Shown here: piece after piece, positions 1 through 8,705 of the stretch
Layout of the letters: each line of letters opens with the position of its first letter
Numbering within the stretch: the first letter of the stretch is position 1
NCBI GenBank assembly: GCA_963695545.1
Contig: OY968796.1
Span: forward strand, 480,001 to 544,000
DNA from: Terriglobia bacterium
Lineage (GTDB): Bacteria > Acidobacteriota > Terriglobia > Acidiferrales > UBA7541
Direction: 5' to 3'
Length of the DNA stretch: 64,000 nt
Made by a program: the position numbers and the translations under genes
Notes under the pieces: generated by a model
Database searches by the model: none
Told to the model about the DNA's origin: nothing
The model's input: the letters and a program-made list of their open reading frames with translations, nothing else

Positions 1-1
1 C

Positions 2-40
2 TGGCTGGTGAACAACAACGTCCGCGCGGGCGCCGCTTAG
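2..40 (+). CDS. 3' end of an upstream CDS truncated by the window edge (…WLVNNNVRAGAA*)
   Basis: Open frame from base 2 to TAG at 38-40, 7 nt before the next start; too short to identify. Confidence 0.35.
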   Translation, partial: WLVNNNVRAGAA

Positions 41-47
41 CTCCGCT

Positions 48-746
48 GTGGAATCACTGCGCGTTCTCGAACTCGAAAACGAAATCATTGCTTGCCGAAA
101 ATGCCCGCGCCTGGTGCGATATCGCGAGGAAGTGGCGCGCGTGAAGCGGCGCGCATTCCGCGATCAAACTTATTGGGGCCGTCCCGTGCCCGGCTTCGGC
201 GATCCGCGCGCGAAACTTTTCATTCTCGGCCTTGCGCCCGCCGCGCACGGCGCAAATCGCACGGGCCGAGTTTTCACCGGGGATCGCTCGGGCGATTTTC
301 TCTATCGCGAACTGTGGCGCGCGGGTTTCGCGAATCAGCCCGAATCGCGGCAGCGCGACGACGGCCTGAAGCTAGAGAACGCATTCATCTCGGCAACGGT
401 CCGCTGCGCTCCGCCGCAAAACAAACCGCTGCCAGAAGAAATTCGCAATTGCACTCCGTATCTCGAAGCCGAATTGGATCTGCTGCGCCCGCGCGCGGTT
501 CTGGCTCTCGGGCGCATCGCGTTCGACGGCTATTTGCGCATCCTGAAACAGAGGGGCGCAATTCCCCGAACATCGAAATTTCAATTTTCTCACGGCGCGA
601 GCTTCCGGCTGCCCAATTCGCTGCCGCGCCTCTACGCCTCCTACCACCCCAGCCAGCAAAACACGCAGACCGGCGTGCTCACGCCGGCGATGATGGCGAG
701 TGTGCTGCGGAAAATTCGCAAGTTTTTGAATCGCGACGAATCGTGA
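48..746 (+). CDS. udgB: Uracil-DNA glycosylase, family 5 (UdgB-like, Fe-S)
   Basis: CRKCPRL N-terminal Cys motif, GLAPAAHGANRTGRVFTGD motif A, RCAPPQNKP, YHPSQQN motif B. Confidence 0.9.
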   Translation: MESLRVLELENEIIACRKCPRLVRYREEVARVKRRAFRDQTYWGRPVPGFGDPRAKLFILGLAPAAHGANRTGRVFTGDRSGDFLYRELWRAGFANQPESRQRDDGLKLENAFISATVRCAPPQNKPLPEEIRNCTPYLEAELDLLRPRAVLALGRIAFDGYLRILKQRGAIPRTSKFQFSHGASFRLPNSLPRLYASYHPSQQNTQTGVLTPAMMASVLRKIRKFLNRDES

Positions 747-769
747 CAGGCACAGCGGGCGTGAAAAAT

Positions 770-1906
770 CTAATGCGTGGCTGATTCGTCTTCGTGGGTA
801 ACGATGTGCACGTCCACAGCGGGCGCTTCGCGCAGGAAGCGATGCACGGCCGTGAGGTATAGGAATCGCCGCCAGCCCTTCACCGCCGTGCGCCCAAAAA
901 TCACCTGCGTGATGCGTTTTTCGCGCACGAGTTCCGCGACGGCGTGGGCCACACTGCGCCCGCGCGCGCGCACCACAATCGCGCCGAGGTCCTGAGCGAA
1001 CTGCAGGTTCGCCGCGAGCGACCGCTGATTCTCGGGCGTTTCGCCGGCCTTCAATTCCACGTAGACCACATAGAATTCCGCATCCAGGCGCCGCGCCATC
1101 CGGGCGGCGCGCGCGATCACGTATTGCCCCGCTGGATTCGAGCTGATGCAGACGGCCAGCCGCTCTCGCACGGCCCAGTTATCTTCGATGGCCTTCGCGT
1201 CCATGTAGGACCCGAGGCTGCGGTCCACATGTTCGGCCACTTGACGCAGCGCGAGCTCGCGCAAGGCGATCAAATTTCCCGCGCGAAAGAAATTCCCCAG
1301 CGCCTGACTCACTTTTTCCGTGCTGTAAACGTCGCCGCGCTTGAGGCGATTCTGCAGCGCCTCCGGCGTCAAATCCACCATCACGGTTTCCGTCGCCAGC
1401 AGCGGCACCCAATCGGGCACGGTTTCGCGCACGGTGATTCCGGTGATTGAGCGCACCGTCGGCGCCGCACTTTCAAGATGCTGAATGTTCATCGTGGAGA
1501 GCACGTCGATCTTGGCTTGCAGTATTTCCTGCACGTCTTCGTAGCGCTTGCGGTGCTTGCTGCCCGGAATATTCGTGTGCGCGAGTTCATCCACCAGCAC
1601 CACCGCGGGGCGCCGCGCGATGATCGCGTCCACGTCCATCTCCTCGAAGATTGTTCCTTTGTATTCGATCTTTCGCCGCGGAACGGTCTCGAGTTGCTCC
1701 GCCAGCTCGAGCGTGGCTTTCCGCCCGTGCGTTTCGACCACGCCGATCACCACGTCCTCGCCGCGCGCGTGCCGACGGATGCCTTCGCCCAGCATCGCGA
1801 AGGTTTTGCCCACTCCCGGCGCGTAGCCGAGGAACAGTTTGAACGCGCCCTGGGTTTTTTCCGACGGCGCGGCTACTTCCAACCAATCTTCAGGACGCTT
1901 GGTCAT
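770..1906 (-). CDS. kdpD: Stand-alone KdpD N-terminal sensor module (KdpD domain + Usp domain), no TM or kinase domain
   Basis: FKLFLGYAPGVGKT Walker A-like motif, VDELAHTN, STMNIQHLES, LRELALR, C-terminal Usp fold ending VDVHIV. Confidence 0.9.
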   Translation of the reverse strand: MTKRPEDWLEVAAPSEKTQGAFKLFLGYAPGVGKTFAMLGEGIRRHARGEDVVIGVVETHGRKATLELAEQLETVPRRKIEYKGTIFEEMDVDAIIARRPAVVLVDELAHTNIPGSKHRKRYEDVQEILQAKIDVLSTMNIQHLESAAPTVRSITGITVRETVPDWVPLLATETVMVDLTPEALQNRLKRGDVYSTEKVSQALGNFFRAGNLIALRELALRQVAEHVDRSLGSYMDAKAIEDNWAVRERLAVCISSNPAGQYVIARAARMARRLDAEFYVVYVELKAGETPENQRSLAANLQFAQDLGAIVVRARGRSVAHAVAELVREKRITQVIFGRTAVKGWRRFLYLTAVHRFLREAPAVDVHIVTHEDESATH

Positions 1907-1970
1907 CGGCGGATCTTTCGGTATCGACTCCTCTAGGCAAATGCGGCGACTGGGCTACAATGCTGGCATC

Positions 1971-3428
1971 GTGACGCTGCGTATTCTGATTCGAGCGCTC
2001 CGCCTGGCTTTGGCGCTCGCTGTCGTCTGCGGGATCACCGCATTCTATCGCCACGTTTTCCCGGCCAACCCCACAACGATCGCGCTCACGTTTCTGCTGG
2101 GGATTTTAGCAGTTTCCGCGGCTTGGGGTTTCGCCGTTTCGGCTTTCATGTCCGTCGCGGCCATGCTGGCCTTCAATTACTTTTTCCTTCCGCCCATTGG
2201 AACCTTCACCGTGGCCGACCCGCAGAACTGGGCCGCCCTTTTCGCCTTTCTGGCCACCGCGCTGATTTCAAGCCAGCTTTCCACGCGCATGCGCCAGCAA
2301 GCCGACGAAGCCCAGCGCCGCCGCCGCGAAGCCGAGCGCCTTTACGCGTTCAGCCGCCGCCTGCTGGTCTCCGGCAACGTGATCACGCTGCTGAACGCCA
2401 TCCCGCGCCATATTATCGAAACGTTTGAGATGGGCGCCGTGGCCCTTTATCTGCGCGACAAACAAAAATTTTATCGCGCAGGCACGCTTGCCAATCTCGA
2501 CGACGAAGAAATGCGCCGCGTCACTGAGCGCCAGGAACCCGTGATCGACACCGCCCGCAGCCTCTCGTTCGTTCCCGTACTGATCGGCACCAAGCCGATC
2601 GGAAGTCTCGGTCTCTCCGGCCAATTGCTTTCTCGCGAAACCCTCGTGGCCATGGGCACGCTCACCGGCATCGCCATCGAGCGCGTGCGCGCCGTCGAAG
2701 AACTCGGCAAGACCGAGGCCGCGCGCGAAGGCGAGCGCCTGAAATCCGCACTGCTCGATTCCATCACGCATGATTTCCGCACGCCGCTCACTTCGATCAA
2801 AGCTTCCGTCACCAGCCTGCTCTCCGCGCCGCCATCCACTGCTCCTCCCTCGCGCGAATTGCTCGCCGTAATCAACGAAGAATGTGATCGCCTGAATCAG
2901 CTTGTCGGCGACGCTGCCGAAATGGCGCGCCTTGACGCCGGCGAATTCGAGCTCGATGCCGGCCCGCACGAACTCTCCGCAATCGTGCGCGCCGCGCTTG
3001 ACCAGTGCCGCAGCGTCCTCGGCGATCGCCCCGTGATCGTCGAGCTGCCGTCCAATCTTCCGCCCGTGCAAGCCGACGCCGCGCGCATCAAGGACGTCCT
3101 CGTGCGCCTGGTCGAAAACGCCGACGCATATTCGCCGAAGGATCGGCCCATCACCATCTCCGCCGAAGTGAACTACAATCTCGTCATCACTTCCGTCGCC
3201 GACCGCGGCCCCGGAATCGAAGAAGTCGAACAGGCGCTGATCTTCGACAAATTCTATCGCGGCCGCAACCAGCGCTACCTCGTGCAAGGAACCGGAATGG
3301 GTCTGCCCATCGCCAAAGCCATCATCGAAGCGCACGGCGGCACTCTCGGCGTCACCAGCCAGGTCGGCCACGGCTCGGTGTTTTTCTTCACGCTGCCCAT
3401 CGCGCGCGCCGGGGTGGCTTACGCATGA
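1971..3428 (+). CDS. KdpD-type membrane sensor histidine kinase (DUF4118 TM region, GAF-like, HisKA, HATPase), lacking the N-terminal KdpD/Usp part
   Basis: FNYFFLPPIGTFTVADPQNW TM signature, DSITHDFRTPL H-box, DRGPG, GTGMGL G-box; GTG at 1971 chosen after TACAAT. Confidence 0.88.
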   Translation: MTLRILIRALRLALALAVVCGITAFYRHVFPANPTTIALTFLLGILAVSAAWGFAVSAFMSVAAMLAFNYFFLPPIGTFTVADPQNWAALFAFLATALISSQLSTRMRQQADEAQRRRREAERLYAFSRRLLVSGNVITLLNAIPRHIIETFEMGAVALYLRDKQKFYRAGTLANLDDEEMRRVTERQEPVIDTARSLSFVPVLIGTKPIGSLGLSGQLLSRETLVAMGTLTGIAIERVRAVEELGKTEAAREGERLKSALLDSITHDFRTPLTSIKASVTSLLSAPPSTAPPSRELLAVINEECDRLNQLVGDAAEMARLDAGEFELDAGPHELSAIVRAALDQCRSVLGDRPVIVELPSNLPPVQADAARIKDVLVRLVENADAYSPKDRPITISAEVNYNLVITSVADRGPGIEEVEQALIFDKFYRGRNQRYLVQGTGMGLPIAKAIIEAHGGTLGVTSQVGHGSVFFFTLPIARAGVAYA

Positions 3429-4144
3429 AGTCCGCAAAAATCCTGATCGTCGACGATGAATTGCAGATTCGCCGCGTGCTGCGCGCCACACTCACCGCGC
3501 AAGGCTACACCACGCTCGAAGCCAAGAACGGCATCGAAGGCATCGAAGTCGCGCGGCGCGAACGCCCCGATCTGATCTTGCTGGACATGAATCTCCCCGA
3601 AATGGACGGCCTCGCGACTTGCCGCGAGCTGCGCTCCAGCTCCGACGTCCCCATCCTCATGCTCACCGTGCGCGACGCCGAAAAAGACAAAGTGCGCGCG
3701 CTCGATGCCGGCGCCGACGACTACGTCGTCAAACCGTTCGGCATCGAAGAATTGCTCGCGCGCATTCGCGCCGCGCTGCGCCGCACTTCTTCATCCGAGG
3801 CCGCCGATGTCGCTGTGGTCTCCAAAGCATTGAACATCGATTTCGCCGCCCGCACCGTCACCCTGCGCGGCGGCAAAGCCGTGCACCTCACGCCGAAAGA
3901 ATTCGATCTGCTCCACGTGCTCGTGCAGAATCAAGGCAAGCCCATCTCGCATCGCCGCCTCTTGCAAGCCGTCTGGGGACCCGACAGCGGCGAACAAACC
4001 GAATATCTCCGCGTGGTCGTCAACCAGCTCCGCAAAAAAATTGAGAAGGACCCCTCCAAGCCAGATCTCATCCGCACTGAGCCTTGGGTCGGCTACCGCT
4101 TCGTGCTCCCCGCCGACGCAAAAATCCGCAGCGCCACTCCGTAA
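3425..4144 (+). CDS. kdpE: KdpE-like OmpR-family response regulator
   Basis: ATGA overlap with kinase; ILIVDDE, DLILLDMNLP, GADDYVVKPF, HLTPKEFDLL, IRTEPWVGYRF. Confidence 0.9.
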   Translation: MKSAKILIVDDELQIRRVLRATLTAQGYTTLEAKNGIEGIEVARRERPDLILLDMNLPEMDGLATCRELRSSSDVPILMLTVRDAEKDKVRALDAGADDYVVKPFGIEELLARIRAALRRTSSSEAADVAVVSKALNIDFAARTVTLRGGKAVHLTPKEFDLLHVLVQNQGKPISHRRLLQAVWGPDSGEQTEYLRVVVNQLRKKIEKDPSKPDLIRTEPWVGYRFVLPADAKIRSATP

Positions 4145-4377
4145 CACGCCAATAAGCCGCAAATTTTCCTGCGAACAACGCGAGGCGCCGCGGCACCGTT
4201 CATCTTCAAAATTGCCGTTTTTGGTTCTTTCCGTGCGTGCCCCATGTCCGCCTGAACGGGAAGAGTGGGATTTTGCGCGCCGATGTCCGTAACGATACAG
4301 ACTCGATTCCGCGATCGCACTAAGATGCTCTCGAAGTTCGCGCGCGCGAGTCGGCGCGAATCGAGAGGACACTTTTA

Positions 4378-4530
4378 ATGCTTCTACTACTCATCGTTCT
4401 ATTGTTGTTGTTCGGCGGGGGCGGCGGCTATTACGGCTATTCCCGTTGGGGATCGAGCGGAGGATTCGGCATCGTCGGAACCGTTGTGCTGGTCGCGGTC
4501 GTCTTGTACTTCGTCGGCTGGTTGCGTTGA
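4378..4530 (+). CDS. Small membrane protein, DUF3309-like (50 aa), absent from the ORF track
   Basis: GAGGA RBS; MLLLLIVLLLLFGGGGGYYGYSRWGSSGGFGIVGTVVLVAVVLYFVGWLR*. Confidence 0.8.
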   Translation: MLLLLIVLLLLFGGGGGYYGYSRWGSSGGFGIVGTVVLVAVVLYFVGWLR

Positions 4531-4547
4531 ACTCCGGTAATGACTCT

Positions 4548-4727
4548 ATGAGACACGGCGCTCAGGACGAGGCAAAAGGAACATTCCACGCACTAAAGGG
4601 CGCGGTAAAGCAAAAGGCCGGACGCGCTCTCAACAAGCCCGGCCTCGAAGCCGAAGGCCAAGTCGAAAAAATCGGCGGCAAACTCCAGAAGAAACTCGGC
4701 CAAGTCGAACGCGCCCTCCGAAAATAG
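4548..4727 (+). CDS. CsbD-family general stress protein
   Basis: DEAKGTFHALKGAVKQKAG…GLEAEGQVEKIGGKLQKKLGQ pattern. Confidence 0.8.
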   Translation: MRHGAQDEAKGTFHALKGAVKQKAGRALNKPGLEAEGQVEKIGGKLQKKLGQVERALRK

Positions 4728-4796
4728 CGTCAGCAGATCTGTCGGCTCACGCGGCGATACCGCCCGCCGCCGTCGAGCATAAGATAAGATAACGGG

Positions 4797-5450
4797 ATGC
4801 TCGCAGGCCAAGGTATCGCCACGCTCGTTTCGATCTCTGCGCGAAGCGTGCGCCGCTGGCTGCTCAGCTTCGGCGGCATCGGCTTAATTCCACTGGCCCT
4901 GCTCGACAATTCTCCGATTCCAATTCCCGGCGCTATGGATGTGGCCACGATCGTCCTGGCCGCGCGTCAGCCGCAGTGGTGGCTTTACTACGCCGTGATG
5001 GCCACGCTCGGTTCGCTCTTGGGCGGTTATCTTACCTACCGCCTCGCGCGTCGAGGAGGCCAGGCAGCGCTCGAGCGCAGATTCTCGCGCCGCCGAGTCG
5101 CGGAAGTGACTAAGATCTTCGCGCGATGGGGTTTCGGCTCGATCGCGATTCCGGCTTTGCTGCCGCCGCCGATGCCCATGGTTCCCTTCGTGTTCGCTGC
5201 CGGCGCCATGCAATATCCGGCTAAAAAATTCCTGGCTGCCCTCACCGTCGGCCGAACGATCCGGTATTTTCTCCTGGCCTATCTCGCCGCACAGTACGGA
5301 CGCCACATCATCGCGATAATCGTCAAACATGGTCATCCCTACCTCGTCGGCGTAATCCTGGCCGCGATCGCCGTCGCCTTCGCCGTTTTCTACTTCTGGC
5401 CCGGAACCTGGCGCAAGCCTCGCACTCGTACCTCGCCCCAGCGCTCCTAA
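4797..5450 (+). CDS. DedA/VTT (YqaA-like) membrane protein
   Basis: Hydrophobic; MATLGSLLGGYLTYRLAR, LLPPPMP…FVFAAG, GRTIRY. Confidence 0.8.
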   Translation: MLAGQGIATLVSISARSVRRWLLSFGGIGLIPLALLDNSPIPIPGAMDVATIVLAARQPQWWLYYAVMATLGSLLGGYLTYRLARRGGQAALERRFSRRRVAEVTKIFARWGFGSIAIPALLPPPMPMVPFVFAAGAMQYPAKKFLAALTVGRTIRYFLLAYLAAQYGRHIIAIIVKHGHPYLVGVILAAIAVAFAVFYFWPGTWRKPRTRTSPQRS

Positions 5451-5480
5451 ATCCCGACGATCTCCTCAATTTTCAGCCCC

Positions 5481-5586
5481 GTAGGGGGCGCCACAACCGA
5501 GCCGCGCCCGCTCGCCAGTGTTTTTTCCGAGTAAACCCCGAGCTCGCGTCGCACAGGTTTTCGTAGCGGAGGCCTTTAAGCCTCCG
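5481..5586 (+). repeat. Two GTAG-headed REP-like palindromes between convergent genes
   Basis: GTAG-G-GGGCGC…GCGCCC (5481-5509) and GTAG-CGGAGGC-CTTTAA-GCCTCCG (5563-5586). Confidence 0.5.
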
Positions 5587-5652
5587 TTCTGCTTGTACAC
5601 AGCAAAGCCTTAAATCCCGAAGACTTCCGCTAGAAACCAAAACGCACGTCGC

Positions 5653-6657
5653 CTACGATTCGGGCGGGACGCGAACGCTGCGAAACCATTCCACGAATCG
5701 CTTCAGTCCCTCCGCCAGTGGCAGCTGCGGCTCGAAACCGAGCATGCGCTCCGCGCGCGATATATCCGCCCAGGTGATCGGCACATCGCCCACTTGCATC
5801 GGCAGCGCGCGCCGCACCGCCGTGCGCCCCGTGGCCTTTTCAATCGCCGCCACCAATTCGTCCAAACGCACCGGACTCGAATTCCCCAAATTGAAAATCT
5901 CGAACGCCGCGCTCGCAGCGGCGCCGCGCGCGGCGAATTTGTAATCGAGCGCCGCCAAAACTCCCGCGACGATATCGTCAACGTAGGTATAATCCCGCGC
6001 CGAAGAGCCGTCGCCGAATATCGGCAGCGCCTCGCCAGCCTCCAGCAGCGCCGTGAATCTGTGAATCGCAAGATCGGGACGCTGCCGCGGTCCGTACACG
6101 GTAAAAAGTCGCAAGCACACTACTTGCAATCCCCAAACGTGCGCGTAGGTGTACGCGAGCAATTCCCCGGCGAGTTTCGTCGCCGCATACGGCGAGATCG
6201 GCCGCAGCGTAACCCTGTCCTCCGAAAACGGTACGGGGCTATCGGCGCCATACACCGAGCTCGACGAACCGAACACGAAGCGCGGCACGCGAAATTCACA
6301 GCACAACACCAGCAGATTGAGCGTGCCCCCAACGTTCACGCGCTCGTAGAGCTGTGGCTGCTCGATCGAAGGACGCACTCCGGCCCGCGCCGCCAGATGA
6401 ATCACCGCGTCGGGTTGCGTTGCCGCGAAAATCGCGCGCATGCGATCCAAATCGCAGATATCCGCCTCTTCAAATTGAAACTCGCCGCGCCGCCGCACTT
6501 CGTCGAGATTCGCGCGCTTCCGTTGCGGCGAATAAAAATCGTCCAACGCATCCACGATCGTGAGCTGCGCACCGCGCTGCAAGAGCGCCTCGGCCACGTG
6601 CGAGCCGATGAATCCCGCGCCTCCGGTCAGCAGAATTTTCATCGCTTTCGTTATCAC
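5653..6657 (-). CDS. NAD-dependent epimerase, UDP-glucuronate 4-epimerase-like (ATG at 6642 is an alternative start)
   Basis: TGGAGFIGSH, HLAARAGVRPS, SSSSVYG, YAATK, TVYGPRQRPDLA, RDYTYVDDIV. Confidence 0.85.
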   Translation of the reverse strand: MITKAMKILLTGGAGFIGSHVAEALLQRGAQLTIVDALDDFYSPQRKRANLDEVRRRGEFQFEEADICDLDRMRAIFAATQPDAVIHLAARAGVRPSIEQPQLYERVNVGGTLNLLVLCCEFRVPRFVFGSSSSVYGADSPVPFSEDRVTLRPISPYAATKLAGELLAYTYAHVWGLQVVCLRLFTVYGPRQRPDLAIHRFTALLEAGEALPIFGDGSSARDYTYVDDIVAGVLAALDYKFAARGAAASAAFEIFNLGNSSPVRLDELVAAIEKATGRTAVRRALPMQVGDVPITWADISRAERMLGFEPQLPLAEGLKRFVEWFRSVRVPPES

Positions 6658-6673
6658 CGTAATCGCCGCGGCG

Positions 6674-8704
6674 CTACCGCGCCCCGCTCTTCGCGTCCAT
6701 GCGCGTATTTTGCCGGGCGTCAGCCTGAGAAATATTTGGCGCGCCCGAAATCGCCGCGTGCGCGTCGTGCGCGGCGTCGCCGCGCTGCGCCGCCCATTCG
6801 ATCCATTCGCTCAGCACGATCAATGTCCACAACGCGCGCGAATAGTCCGCGCGGCGTTGCCGATGCTCGTCCAGCAATTCCACCGCCGCGCCCGGCCGAA
6901 CTCCCGCCGCATCGAGCCATCCTCCGCCCAATCGCGCACGCGCCCAATCGTACAGCGGTTCTCTCAACCAACGCGCCAGCGGCACAGACAATCCGCGCTT
7001 CCGCCGGTGCACCGTGGAGGCGGGCAGGTATCGCTCGGCGAAGCGTTTCAGAAAAACTTTGGTCTCGAATCCGCGCACGCGTTCTGTCGGCGGCAACCGC
7101 GCGGCGAATTCCATCACGTCCACGTCCAAATACGGCGCGCGCAACTCGATTGCGTAGCGCATGCTCGCCCGATCCGCTTTCGTCAGCAATCCTTCGGCCA
7201 GCGAATTCTCCAGATCGAGACGCTGCAAGCGGTCCAGCACCGGTTCGTTTTCCGCTGCGCTCTCCAGGCGTCGCATCTCGACGACCGGCACGCCCAGGCG
7301 CGCCATTAACTGCGGCGAAACCGTCGAAGTCCAAAGCAAGTGCCGCGCAACCGCGTCGAGACCTTCGCCCTGCACGAATCGCTTCAGCAGAAACGACAGC
7401 GTCACTTTCTTGTCCGCCACCGGCCAGCGCTCCACGCCCCAGCGCACTGTACCGCGCATCCACGCCGGCCACCGCGCGTAATGCTCGTACACGCCCGCGC
7501 CGATGTACGTCGGATATCCGCCGAACAATTCGTCCGCGCCTTCGCCCACCAGCGCGATCTTCACGTCCTGCGCCGCGCGCCGCGCAAGCAGCGCCGTGGG
7601 CACCCACGCGGGATCGGCCAGCGGCTCGCCCGAACTCGCCACCAATTCCGCGATCGTCTGCGGCAAGGCGTCCGCGCCCACTTCAACGCAATGCAATTCC
7701 ACTCCCAGCGCCGCGGCCACCCGCCGCGCGTGCTCGCTTTCGTCGTACGACGCTTCCGCAAATTTCAGCGCGAACGCCGCAAGCCGGTACTCCGGCCGCA
7801 GCCGCCGCAACACCGCCGCCACCAGCGACGAATCAAGCCCGCCGCTCAGGAACACGCCGTACGGCACGTCCACTTCACTCTGTCGCCCCACGGCGCGCCG
7901 CAAGACAATATCGAATTCGTCGCTCAGATTTTTCGCCGACGGCGCCGCTGCGGCCGCGCTCCTCGCCCCCGCGCTCGGACTCGTACTCGCCGCGCTCGCG
8001 CCGGGCTGCCAACTCCAATACCTCCGGCTGCGAATTCCGCTCTTCGAGATTTCCAGCAATTCGCCCGGCGCCACTCGTCGCACGCCGCGGAACGGATCGT
8101 GCGGCGCCGGAAAAAACCCGGCCGAAAGATATCCGCGCAACGCTTCGGTATCCGCTGCGAGCGGCACGTCGGCGCCTGCGGCAAGCGCCGCGAGCTCCGA
8201 TGCGAACAGCGCGCCTCGTTCGGAAACGATTACGTGCAGCGGCCGTTCGCCCGCGCGATCGCGCGCCAGCAGCAACGTCCCGTCGCGCGCGCTCCATAAT
8301 CCAATCGCGAACGCGCCCACCAGCCGCTCAACAAACGCCGCGCCCAGTTCGAGATACAGCCCCGGCAGCACGGCCACGTCGGTCGCCGCGGTAACCGCGC
8401 GTCCGCGCGATGCAAGCCACTGCTTCAGCTCCAAATGATTGTCGATTTCGCCGTTGCAGACCGCGAGGATTCCGCTTGCTTCGTCCACAATCGGCTGCCG
8501 GCCGTCTTCGAGTCCGCGAATCGCAAGCCGCACCGCGCCCAGCGTCGCCGCGCCGAGACTGTCCACGCCCAATCCGTCGGGACCGCGATGGATCAAGCAG
8601 TCCAGCATCCGAGCCACTTTGGTTTCGCGCGCGACTTCGCGCTCGCGCGACGCGGCGCCAGGGCTCGAGCCTTCCCATTCGACCACGCCGCAAATGCCGC
8701 ACAT
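6674..8704 (-). CDS. AsnB-like glutamine-dependent amidotransferase (asparagine synthase family)
   Basis: MCGICG Ntn start, HRGPDG, NGEIDNH, ARDRAG, FLSGGLDSS, GEGADELFGGY, DRASM…ELRAPYLD. Confidence 0.9.
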   Translation of the reverse strand: MCGICGVVEWEGSSPGAASREREVARETKVARMLDCLIHRGPDGLGVDSLGAATLGAVRLAIRGLEDGRQPIVDEASGILAVCNGEIDNHLELKQWLASRGRAVTAATDVAVLPGLYLELGAAFVERLVGAFAIGLWSARDGTLLLARDRAGERPLHVIVSERGALFASELAALAAGADVPLAADTEALRGYLSAGFFPAPHDPFRGVRRVAPGELLEISKSGIRSRRYWSWQPGASAASTSPSAGARSAAAAAPSAKNLSDEFDIVLRRAVGRQSEVDVPYGVFLSGGLDSSLVAAVLRRLRPEYRLAAFALKFAEASYDESEHARRVAAALGVELHCVEVGADALPQTIAELVASSGEPLADPAWVPTALLARRAAQDVKIALVGEGADELFGGYPTYIGAGVYEHYARWPAWMRGTVRWGVERWPVADKKVTLSFLLKRFVQGEGLDAVARHLLWTSTVSPQLMARLGVPVVEMRRLESAAENEPVLDRLQRLDLENSLAEGLLTKADRASMRYAIELRAPYLDVDVMEFAARLPPTERVRGFETKVFLKRFAERYLPASTVHRRKRGLSVPLARWLREPLYDWARARLGGGWLDAAGVRPGAAVELLDEHRQRRADYSRALWTLIVLSEWIEWAAQRGDAAHDAHAAISGAPNISQADARQNTRMDAKSGAR

Positions 8705-8705
8705 T

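Noticed and set aside
5794..8394. 866-aa plus-strand ORF and similar long ORFs (8435-9691, 8439-9827, 37057-40050, 46798-48537, 52452-53828)
   Set aside because: Arg/Ala/Pro-rich shadow frames over well-supported genes, expected at high GC
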